DNA of 64,000 nucleotides from Macrostomum lignano (lineage: Eukaryota), in the NCBI GenBank assembly GCA_002269645.1, contig NIVC01000037.1:806001-870000 (forward strand), read 5' to 3'. Made by a program: the position numbers and the translations under genes. Shown here one piece after another: positions 37,580 through 48,963 of the stretch (the first letter of the stretch is position 1; every line of letters starts with the position of its first letter). The notes beneath the pieces are model-generated. The model did not search any database. It had not been told where the DNA came from and worked only from the letters and a program-made list of their open reading frames with translations.

Positions 37580-38230
37580 TGAGTGTCAGAAGGCGCTAAA
37601 GTGTATGTCAGTGGGCACCACGGTGTACGTCAGACTCAGAGGCTGTTAAAGTGGATGTCAGACTACACTAAAGTGGATGTCAGAGGGCCCGCTAAAGTGG
37701 ATGTCAGAGGGCGCCAAAGTGGATGTCAGAGGGCGCCAAAGTGGGTGTCAGAGGGCCCGCTAAAGTGGATGTCAGAGGGCGCCAAGGTGTACGTCAGAAG
37801 GCGCTAAAGTGGATGTCAGAGGGCCCGCTAAAGTGGATATCAGAGGGCGCCAAAGTGGATGTCAGAGGGCGCCAAAGTGGGTGTCAGAGGGCCCGCTAAA
37901 GTGGATGTCAGAGGGCGCCAAGGTGTACGTCAGAAGGCGCTAAAGTGGATGTCAGAGGGCCCGCTAAAGTGGATATCAGAGGGCGCCAAAGTGGATGTCA
38001 GAGGGCGCCAAAGTGGGTGTCAGAGGGCCCGCTAAAGTGGATGTCAGAGGGCGCCAAGGTGTACGTCAGAAGGCGCTAAAGTGGATGTCAGAGGGCCCGC
38101 TAAAGTGGATATCAGAGGGCGCCAAAGTGGATGTCAGAGGGCGCCAAAGTGGGTGTCAGAGGGCCCGCTAAAGTGGATATCAGAGGGCGCCAAAGTGGAT
38201 GTCAGAGGGCGCCAAAGTGGATGTCAGAGG
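37580..38230. repeat. 22/24-bp monomers (aaagtggatgtcagagggcgcc) in a 136-bp higher-order repeat
   Basis: The variant monomer aggtgtacgtcagaaggcgct recurs so that gcgct falls at 37801, 37937 and 38073. Confidence 0.9.
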
Positions 38231-38824
38231 GCATCCTCTGTTAGAGGTGCAAGCGATTCATATATATACTTGAAGTATTACACAGTGCTGGGGCTTCCAA
38301 AGTGCGACTGCCCTGGTCCAACTAGTCCGGCTCGTGTTTATATGCGGCTAGGCTGTCTTTTTAGTCTAACGCGTCCGTATCTATCAATATTTTTCTGCGA
38401 CGTTTTATTGTAATTTGGCTCCATTTTGTAATTTTGCGTCTACGAGCTATATGGCGCAAACGTATGTGCAGCTGCGTATCTTGTTCTTGTGTCTGCTTGT
38501 CGGCCTTCAAACCGTTTGTCACGGGATTAACGCCAACTGGTAAAGCCGTCTTGGACAGGACAGAAAGTTCTCGACTGAAAAATGAGCCACAAAGAAATTG
38601 TGAGATTCCTACGAATTCCTGTGTTGTTGGAGCAAGAGTCAATATTGCTCCACTTAGCTGCTCGAATTGCTTGCGAGAAATTGCTTTTTGGTGGTACTTG
38701 ATCCTAAGATTCACTTGACGTACTTTGCTTTACAGTTGCTGCCTTGGTCTCTTCTGCTGTTGAAGTGTAAGGCGGGATTGGGACTTTGTTTTCTTTGATA
38801 TGCTGCAGCAAGGAAGTGTGCTCG

Positions 38825-38955
38825 TCTCTCCCCCACTCTCTCCCCCACTCTCTCCCTCACTCTCTCCCCCACTCTCTCCCCCACTCTCTCCCCCACTCTG
38901 TCTCTGCCACTCTGTCTCGCCACTCTGTCTCCCCCACTCTCTCCCCCACTCTCTC
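38825..38955. repeat. 12-bp tandem (ccccactctctc)
   Basis: Visible periodicity. Confidence 0.85.
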
Positions 38956-39469
38956 TCCTGCACTCAGACTCTCCTAATTCCAATCTCTGTATCTGACTAA
39001 CCCGTTTCCTCTTATAGCATTGTTTGCTTTCAACAGCCCCCCTCTACAATTCCCTTCCACCTGAATGCCATTCTCTCTCCAGGATATTTTCCAGAAAGAG
39101 TCATCAGTTTCCAGCTCTTTTATTTCAATAACTCCTCAGCAGTCAGTTTGCGGGATGAATTCCGCTTTGATCAACTCTGCTCCCTGGCAAAAAGTCTGCT
39201 TGTGGGGACGCAAAGCTTCCCCTCCGTTTCTTTTCAAAGCCAGTCAGATTAGCTAAAAAATTCAAGGCTAAATCTACGAGACTAATACAGTCATATAAGT
39301 ATAGAAAGACTGCAACTAATTAACTGGGAATTGATATTCCATACTGGTTGCAGCACCGCTGGCACAGGACTGCTATGTGTGCATCACTTTTTTCTTATTC
39401 TTATAAACTTATTTTTCTGATTGTAGAGGTTAAATCTTAATTAAGGATCTGCGAGTGGGAGCCGAGTGG

Positions 39470-42353
39470 GGAGGAATAGACTGAGAGGACAAGAGAGAGC
39501 TAGTGAGGAATAGACTGAGAGGACAAGAGAGAGAGCTAGTGAGGAATAGACTGAGAGGACAAGAGAGAGAGCTAGTGAGGAATAGACTGAGAGGACAAGA
39601 GAGAGCTAGTGAGGAATAGACTGAGAGGACAAGAGAGAGCTAGTGAGGAATAGACTGAGAGGACAAGAGAGAGCTAGTGAGGAATAGACTGAGAGGACAA
39701 GAGAGAGAGCTAGTGAGGAATAGACTGAGAGGACAAGAGAGAGAGCTAGTGAGGAATAGACTGAGAGGACAAGAGAGAGAGCTAGTGAGGAATAGACTGA
39801 GAGGACAAGAGAGAGAGCTAGTGAGGAATAGACTGAGAGGACAAGAGAGAGCTAGTGAGGAATAGACTGAGAGGACAAGAGAGAGCTAGTGAGGAATAGA
39901 CTGAGAGGACAAGAGAGAGCTAGTGAGGAATAGACTGAGAGGACAAGAGAGAGCTAGTGAGGAATAGACTGAGAGGACAAGAGAGAGAGCTAGTGAGGAA
40001 TAGACTGAGAGGACGAGAGCTAGTGAGGAATAGACTGAGAGGACAAGAGAGAGCTAGTGAGGAATAGACTGAGAGGACAAGAGAGAGCTAGTGAGGAATA
40101 GACTGAGAGGACAAGAGAGAGCTAGTGAGGAATAGACTGAGAGGACGAGAGCTAGTGAGGAATAGACTGAGAGGACGAGAGCTAGTGAGGAATAGACTGA
40201 GAGGACAAGAGAGAGCTAGTGAGGAATAGACTGAGAGGACGAGAGAGAGAGCTAGTGAGGAATAGACTGAGAGGACAAGAGAGAGAGCTAGTGAGGAATA
40301 GACTGAGAGGACAAGAGAGAGCTAGTGAGGAATAGACTGAGAGGACAAGAGAGAGCTAGTGAGGAATAGACTGAGAGGACAAGAGAGAGAGCTAGTGAGG
40401 AATAGACTGAGAGGACAAGAGAGAGAGCTAGTGAGGAATAGACTGAGAGGACAAGAGAGAGAGCTAGTGAGGAATAGACTGAGAGGACAAGAGAGAGAGC
40501 TAGTGAGGAATAGACTGAGAGGACAAGAGAGAGAGCTAGTGAGGAATAGACTGAGAGGACAAGAGAGAGCTAGTGAGGAATAGACTGAGAGGACAAGAGA
40601 GAGCTAGTGAGGAATAGACTGAGAGGACAAGAGAGAGCTAGTGAGGAATAGACTGAGAGGACAAGAGAGAGCTAGTGAGGAATAGACTGAGAGGACAAGA
40701 GAGAGAGCTAGTGAGGAATAGACTGAGAGGACGAGAGCTAGTGAGGAATAGACTGAGAGGACAAGAGAGAGCTAGTGAGGAATAGACTGAGAGGACAAGA
40801 GAGAGCTAGTGAGGAATAGACTGAGAGGACAAGAGAGAGCTAGTGAGGAATAGACTGAGAGGACGAGAGCTAGTGAGGAATAGACTGAGAGGACGAGAGC
40901 TAGTGAGGAATAGACTGAGAGGACAAGAGAGAGCTAGTGAGGAATAGACTGAGAGGACGAGAGAGAGAGCTAGTGAGGAATAGACTGAGAGGACAAGAGA
41001 GAGAGCTAGTGAGGAATAGACTGAGAGGACAAGAGAGAGCTAGTGAGGAATAGACTGAGAGGACAAGAGAGAGAGCTAGTGAGGAATAGACTGAGAGGAC
41101 AAGAGAGAGCTAGTGAGGAATAGACTGAGAGGACAAGAGAGAGCTAGTGAGGAATAGACTGAGAGGACAAGAGAGAGCTAGTGAGGAATAGACTGAGAGG
41201 ACGAGAGCTAGTGAGGAATAGACTGAGAGGACGAGAGCTAGTGAGGAATAGACTGAGAGGACAAGAGAGAGCTAGTGAGGAATAGACTGAGAGGACGAGA
41301 GAGAGAGCTAGTGAGGAATAGACTGAGAGGACAAGAGAGAGCTAGTGAGGAATAGACTGAGAGGACGAGAGAGAGAGCTAGTGAGGAATAGACTGAGAGG
41401 ACAAGAGAGAGAGCTAGTGAGGAATAGACTGAGAGGACAAGAGAGAGCTAGTGAGGAATAGACTGAGAGGACAAGAGAGAGAGCTAGTGAGGAATAGACT
41501 GAGAGGACAAGAGAGAGAGCTAGTGAGGAATAGACTGAGAGGACAAGAGAGAGAGCTAGTGAGGAATAGACTGAGAGGACAAGAGAGAGCTAGTGAGGAA
41601 TAGACTGAGAGGACAAGAGAGAGCTAGTGAGGAATAGACTGAGAGGACAAGAGAGAGCTAGTGAGGAATAGACTGAGAGGACAAGAGAGAGCTAGTGAGG
41701 AATAGACTGAGAGGACAAGAGAGAGAGCTAGTGAGGAATAGACTGAGAGGACGAGAGCTAGTGAGGAATAGACTGAGAGGACAAGAGAGAGAGCTAGTGA
41801 GGAATAGACTGAGAGGACAAGAGAGAGAGCTAGTGAGGAATAGACTGAGAGGACAAGAGAGAGCTAGTGAGGAATAGACTGAGAGGACAAGAGAGAGCTA
41901 GTGAGGAATAGACTGAGAGGACAAGAGAGAGCTAGTGAGGAATAGACTGAGAGGACGAGAGCTAGTGAGGAATAGACTGAGAGGACAAGAGAGAGCTAGT
42001 GAGGAATAGACTGAGAGGACGAGAGAGAGAGCTAGTGAGGAATAGACTGAGAGGACAAGAGAGAGCTAGTGAGGAATAGACTGAGAGGACGAGAGAGAGA
42101 GCTAGTGAGGAATAGACTGAGAGGACAAGAGAGAGCTAGTGAGGAATAGACTGAGAGGACGAGAGAGAGAGCTAGTGAGGAATAGACTGAGAGGACAAGA
42201 GAGAGCTAGTGAGGAATAGACTGAGAGGACGAGAGAGAGAGCTAGTGAGGAATAGACTGAGAGGACAAGAGAGAGCTAGTGAGGAATAGACTGAGAGGAC
42301 AAGAGAGAGCTAGTGAGGAATAGACTGAGAGGACGAGAGCTAGTGAGGAATAG
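39470..42353. repeat. 2.9-kb purine-rich minisatellite (agtgaggaatagactgagaggac[aag](ag)n-ct, 28-36 bp)
   Basis: Constant core with a variable number of AG dinucleotides; ends about 280 bp before the GPCR ATG. Confidence 0.97.
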
Positions 42354-42419
42354 AAGCGGAGTGAGGTGAGAGCGCCTCAGAGAGAGGAGTCGGCCGGCCA
42401 GACTGTGCGGCGGTTTCAG

Positions 42420-42600
42420 AAGGCCAATATGCATTAGTCACCAGAGGGGCTGAGGACGTGACGTGAAGAGACAGCCAACCAGCGGTAGGAGAGCCAGAGG
42501 GGAGAGGAGATTATGCAAATTCGACCGAGTGCGGGATGGGAGACAAACTTCAGTGCATAAATAGGCAGTCAGTGGGTGATGGGGGAGCCCAGTCAGACTC
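42420..42600 (+). promoter_or_regulatory. candidate GPCR promoter
   Basis: CCAAT at about 42424, tandem TGACGT at about 42458-42466, octamer ATGCAAAT at 42513 and TATA-like cataaata at 42556. Motif presence only. Confidence 0.3.
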
Positions 42601-42635
42601 CTCGGTGACTGCTCTCTGCTCATAGCTTCGCCAAG

Positions 42636-44027
42636 ATGATTGACAACGACACTGAACAAGAGAGTCCGGCTGGTGACTCACGTCTAGGCCGCCTCCTGAC
42701 GATGCAGTGCGGCAACGAGACTCGCTCTGGCCAGCTGCCCGTGTCCACCATGGTGTACATGATGCTGCTCCTGTCCCTGACCGCCGGAAATGTGATTAGC
42801 AACTTCCTCGGTGCTGTGATGGTGGCCCGCTGCCTGAGCAAGAGCTTCATCTCTGGCCTGCTGCTGGTGCTGTCGGCCTCGGAGATTCTGTTCAACGCTG
42901 CCCAGTTTGCCTACCAGCTGATGGTGTGGCGGTTCGGCTACTGGCAGAGGCCGTTCGCCTCGCTGGCCCAGGGCCGGGCCATCGGCTACGCCTTCTGGGC
43001 GATGCTGCTGCTGAGCCTGGCCTTCCTGATGCTGCGCAACTGGGTGATCGTGCTGGTCTCCTGTGTGCGCTTCGAGCGGGTGTACTTTCCATTCGGCCCG
43101 ATACGATACACCACGCCGCGGCGGCTGGCAGCCCTGCTGATCGGCCTGCTGATTCTCTGCCTCGCCAGCAGCTTGCCGAAGGCGCTGCGCTACAATCCGG
43201 TGATCTGCACGGACTCGCTCACTCTCAACCAGGCGCAGACTTGGCTGTTCGACTCGCCAACCAGAGCCGCGATGCTGACCTTGCAGAGCTACATTGTGTC
43301 CACGCTGGCCCCGATTCTCTTGGTTGTGCTGCTCAACGCGCTCATCCTGCGGGCGGTGAACCGGCAGCGACGGCTGTTTAACCGGCGGCACGGCGGCTCG
43401 GAGACTGGCGGCAGCAGCCGCGGCGCTGGAGGTCGCAGCGCCCTGAGCCGCTCGAAGATGACGGACCGGCTCCTGCTGATGCTGATCACCGTGTTCGTGC
43501 TGTGCGAGCTACCCGCCTTTGTGTCCGGCCTGCTGCACAACTGGCTGCCGGCTCGGACCTCCGCCCATCTCATCCACGTGGCCCACCTGGGAACCGCCAT
43601 GGACTCGGCGCTCAACGTGCTGGTGTACATCATGTCGCAGCGGCAGAGCGGCGGCAAGTGCATCGAAGTCTGCGGGACTGGCGAACGGCAGCGACTCCGT
43701 CAGCAGCAGCAGCAACATCCGAACAGCCGAGCCGCCCCCGGCGCCACCGCCACCGCTGCCGATGCCGGCGCCCCAGACGGAGTGTCCGACGCCATTAGGC
43801 GGGCCGTCGGCGCCGACAGCAGCTTTGCTTTCGCCGACGATTCCGCGCCACCTACGTCCGGCAAGTCCGCTGGCCAGCCAAGGGAAGAGACCGCCTGCCG
43901 CCTGCCGCTGCTGAATGTCGATGGAGACGGCGCTGGCGGCGGCAGCAAGCTGGGCCTCTTCTGGCACCTGCAGGACCAGCCGCTGACGCAGATCACCTGC
44001 GACGGTGTGCTCGAGTCGGCCTTCTGA
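42636..44027 (+). CDS. intronless class A (rhodopsin-like) GPCR, probably peptide/orphan type
   Basis: 463-aa ORF with seven hydrophobic segments: TM1 …AGNVISN, TM2 LLVLSASE, TM3 RNWVIVLVSCVRF, TM4 …SSLP, TM5 …LAPILLVVLLNALI, TM6 LITVFVLCELP, TM7 DSALNVLVY, then a low-complexity C-tail. Confidence 0.88.
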   Translation: MIDNDTEQESPAGDSRLGRLLTMQCGNETRSGQLPVSTMVYMMLLLSLTAGNVISNFLGAVMVARCLSKSFISGLLLVLSASEILFNAAQFAYQLMVWRFGYWQRPFASLAQGRAIGYAFWAMLLLSLAFLMLRNWVIVLVSCVRFERVYFPFGPIRYTTPRRLAALLIGLLILCLASSLPKALRYNPVICTDSLTLNQAQTWLFDSPTRAAMLTLQSYIVSTLAPILLVVLLNALILRAVNRQRRLFNRRHGGSETGGSSRGAGGRSALSRSKMTDRLLLMLITVFVLCELPAFVSGLLHNWLPARTSAHLIHVAHLGTAMDSALNVLVYIMSQRQSGGKCIEVCGTGERQRLRQQQQQHPNSRAAPGATATAADAGAPDGVSDAIRRAVGADSSFAFADDSAPPTSGKSAGQPREETACRLPLLNVDGDGAGGGSKLGLFWHLQDQPLTQITCDGVLESAF

Positions 44028-44944
44028 GCCGCACAGGGTGGACTGCTCGAATGTGGAAATCCATGGGCATCCATGGACTTTACTTGTGCATTGCAGACAC
44101 TCATTTTTCACTACCCCCGGCCCCAAGTTTCACATTCCCCAAGTCGCTTCTGGTTTACACAAACCATTTGACTACACAACGATAATTGTTGAATGCGAAG
44201 TTAGGAGATTTTCAAGCCGTATATTGGTCATTTGGGAATAGCATGCACACCCTTTAGAAATTCTTGTATTGTTGTGATAAAGTGTGAATGCTATTGTTGT
44301 TCGCTAGCACACATTGCATCAGCTATTATCGTCTACCATCTCCACTGAACCTCTGCAAGCTTCTGCAAGTTTGTTGTGCAACTTTCTATTTTGTTCTATT
44401 TTGCTTGTCTCCAAGCCCAGAGAATCTCAGCGCTTCGTCAATCAATCATACGGCAGGTCCCTCGGCCGGTCGCACACAGCCTCTGCATCTGGCGCTAACC
44501 CTTACCCCCCCCCCATCTTGGAATCTGCTGCAACATGTATAGCCAGCAATTTCCTCGACTTGCACACCACTGTATGGCCTCTCTAAAGTGGCCGAAGGAA
44601 TTTCCTTCCTTTCTATCCTGTTACTGTTGAATGTTGTTTTCAAAAGCCGTGTACTGTTAGCCTGTGTCTCCCTGTGCGCTAGCCCTGTGCCGCCCCGCGG
44701 CCCTTTGTTGAAGCCGAGTGCGAGACGGAAACACAGAAAAATCCTCACAGGCTTGCGTCTGCTTCGTTCCTCCGTCCCGTCACCGTCCGCTCCTGTTGCC
44801 ATTCCAAAAGTTTCGGACCAAGCAAAAATAAAATGGCAAAAACAGCAAAAATGGGAGACCGAGAGCGCACTAATTTTAATTGCGGATCGTTCTTGGGTTG
44901 CTTTTGTCTGCAGCGTTTCGAAAAGAAAGTGCGCAATACTAACG

Positions 44945-45785
44945 GAATGGATTGCTAATCTAGCCTACATCACGGATAAAGGAATAGAATGGATTGCTAA
45001 TCTAGCCTACATCATGGATGCAGGAATAGAATGGATTTCTAATCTAGCCTACATCATGGATGAAGGAATAGAATGGATTGCTAATCTAGCCTGCATCATG
45101 GATGAAGGAATGAATGGATTGCTAATCTAGCCTACATCATGGATGAAGGAATAGAATGGATTGCTAATCTAGCCTACATCACGGATAAAGGAATAGAATG
45201 GATTGCTAATCTAGCCTGCATCATGGATGAAGGAATGAATGGATTGCTAATTTAGCCTACATCATGGATGCAGGAATAGAATGGATTGCTAATCTAGCCT
45301 ACATCATGGATGCAGGAATAGAATGGATTGCTAATCTAGCCAACATCATGGATGCAGGAATAGAATGGATTGCTAATCTAGCCTACATCATGGATGCAGG
45401 AATAGAATGGATTGCTAATCTAGCCTACATCATGGATGCAGGAATAGAATGGATTGCTAATCTAGCCTACATCATGGATGCAGGAATAGAATGGATTGCT
45501 AATCTAGCCTACATCATGGATGCAGGAATAGAATGGATTGCTAATCTAGCCTACATCATGGATGCAGGAATAGAATGGATTGCTAATCTAGCCTACATCA
45601 TGGATGCAGGAATAGAATGGATTGCTAATCTAGCCTACATCATGGATGCAGGAATAGAATGGATTGCTAATCTAGCCTACATCATGGATGCAGGAATAGA
45701 ATGGATTGCTAATCTAGCCTACATCATTGATGAAGGAGTAGAATGGATTGCTAATCTAGCCTACATCATGGATGCAGGAATAGAA
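44945..45785. repeat. 42-bp minisatellite (gaatggattgctaatctagcctacatcatggatgcaggaata)
   Basis: About 20 copies; two carry a 4-bp deletion. Confidence 0.95.
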
Positions 45786-46927
45786 TTTCGATAAATATTC
45801 TGCAATGGAATAAACTCAAGTAAAATATTCTGCATTTCTGCTTGTAGATAGTTTAAATATTGTCTTCAAACTGTCACATAGATCAAGCCTACTGGCAACG
45901 CTTCTGATTGTCACACGCTAGAGCAGATATTTTGACCATAGACTATGGTCTAATATTTATTGGCTCGTATTACGCGTTCAACGATTGCGTGCAGACAATT
46001 TTCGCAGGGAAAAAATATGAATATGAGAAGAACAAGCAAAAAGCGAAACAAATACGACTCAGGTAAGTACAACAAAACGTGGTGAACACAGATGTTATTG
46101 CCCTGTCACGTATTCCTACTACTTATTGATATTGATCGTGCAATTTGCAAACTGGCAGTTGGAGAACACTGCAGCATTGGTATCCTCACGAACAGTTGTT
46201 GTCTCGTGGCCGATGATGCTTTTGCTGCTAGTCGAGACGCAGGTACCACTGCTGTTGGCATTCACACCGCGTAGTTCTAACGTAGCCCCCACAGTAGTTG
46301 CCATGTCTCGAATGGCGCTGTCCCTCTTGCTGATCCGCTGCATGTACGTACATAGCCAGTTAATGCCATCGAGGGATTCTACTGGTAAATGCTTCCAGGT
46401 GATCATCTTTCTCCAGTGTCAAATAAGCTAGCAATGTGTTTGTATTCTCAAAGGCTTCGGACTGCGCTTCTGTCCTCTGCCCAACAAAAGGCTCGCTTTT
46501 TGTTGCAGCTACTTATGTCTATGGTTCAAACCAGACCCTAGACGTCTAATTTTAGACATGCATTGCCGCATATGTAGCAATGCATGATTGTCACACGCTT
46601 CGTGAGTGGCTTGATCAATAGGACAATAATATTGTCTATATGATTTCTGATATAGACAATGCTCGAAGCCACGGTGAATTCGAGCATTGCGTTGAATCCC
46701 TTTTCATCAATTTTGTTCGAACTGAGATATCAATCACGGGACAGCAGGAGTCACTGGCTTGTGTTTTGCATCTGTCGCATCGCATGCTAAACAAGGAAAA
46801 GTACTTTGACTGACCAACAGAAAATATAAAATGGAAAGTAGCCTTCACTCAAAACATGCACCGAATGCTTAGCTGCAGCTGGCCCAGCAATTCCCTCAAG
46901 ACCGGCCATTATGGGTTTTAGCTCTAT

Positions 46928-47488
<561 letters not shown>

Positions 47489-47914
47489 ATCTATCATCTA
47501 TATATCTACTATCTACCCGAACCAGCCACCTACTTCTGATGAACTTTACAGGGTCTTTTAAACTCTATTTAATGGCGTGCGGTTTTATTTTCAGAGAAGA
47601 AATCCTAAAAGCGTTGCATTTGCCTTCCAACTGAGTTAGGCGGAACAGGCCATACCTGGCGGCCTGCCTCCGGTACTTAGTGGAGTGTCAGCCTGTTTGT
47701 GCTAAATATAGAAGACAGTATATAGATTTCCTTGCCACCCGTTTTCCCTTTAGTTTCATTCTCCCTCTTTAATTTCGCTAAATAAAGAGCGGCGGTGCCC
47801 GAAACCAGTTGTCTGTGTTTTAGCTTCCCCTTTCCTCCTTTCTCCCCGCTCTTACCTGCCCTCCCCCTCTCAATCCGCTCTACCTGCCATTAATCGCTTG
47901 TATCTACCATCTCC

Positions 47915-48095
47915 CCCTCTACCTATCCTCTCTCCCTCTACCCTCTCTCCTTCTACCTATCCTCTCTCCCTCTACCCTCTCTCCCTCTACCTACCCTCTC
48001 TCCCTCTACCTACCCTCTCTCCCTCTACCTACCCTCTCTCCCTCTACCTACCCTCTCTCCCTCTACCTACCCTCTCTCCCTCTACCTACCCTCTC
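47915..48095. repeat. CT-rich tandem (ccctctacctaccctctct)
   Basis: Visible periodicity. Confidence 0.8.
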
Positions 48096-48499
48096 TCCCC
48101 TGTATCTAACTCTCCCTAAATTTACTCTCTATCGCTTTCTATCTAAACCGCAGACACCTGTCGAAAAATATCCGGCATTCTTGCTGACTTTCGTGTTTTT
48201 TTCTACAAAATTATACAATTATGAAAAAACAACGCAAGAAATGAAGCTCCTTGCAGCATAAATAATGCTCATTAAGGCGATCTCGCAGAATGTGATTTGA
48301 AAATTCAGCATGCCCACACACACGCACACTTGTTGATGTTGCTTCAGTAGATTTCCAGAATCTTCCCAGTTCTCAGCTCCATCTGTTATTATTTTTTTGG
48401 TAGGTAGTAATGTCAACTATTTTAGGCCTCCTTCATGACACTGTTTTTACCCGCTCATGTCTACCCCCATCCTTGAGACTTCTTGAGCAGCATACTACT

Positions 48500-48810
48500 T
48501 CCCTGACTGAGCAGCCTTGTCATTCTTTCTACTCATTCTCACTGACTGAGCAGCCTTGTCACTCTTCCTACTCATTCTCACTGACTGAGCAGCCTTGTCA
48601 CTCTTCCTACTCATTCTCACTGACTGAGCAGCCTTGTCACTCTTCCTACTCATTCTCACTGACTGAGCAGCCTTGTCACTCTTCCTACTCATTCTCACTG
48701 ACTGAGCAGCCTTGTCACTCTTCCTACTCATTCTCACTGACTGAGCAGCCTTGTCACTCTTCCTACTCATTCTCACTGACTGAGCAGCCTTGTCACTCTT
48801 CCTACTCATT
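48500..48810. repeat. 39-bp tandem (ctgactgagcagccttgtcactcttcctactcattctca)
   Basis: About 8 near-perfect copies just 3' of the Hox stop. Confidence 0.95.
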
Positions 48811-48963
48811 CTTGTCACACCATCCATTGAAGTCGTTTATTTGACTGCAGTCTCTCATCTTCAAACAATCAATGTTAAAGGGCAATCAAAATCAAGATTT
48901 GACAGATACAAAAATAAAAAAATTCCTCAAGATAAAGCAGCAGAGTCCAAAAGAGTCAGCTTA

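Noticed and set aside
42684-44126. Overlapping antisense and alternate-frame ORFs at the GPCR
   Set aside because: Shadow ORFs from high GC content; the 463-aa frame explains the region.
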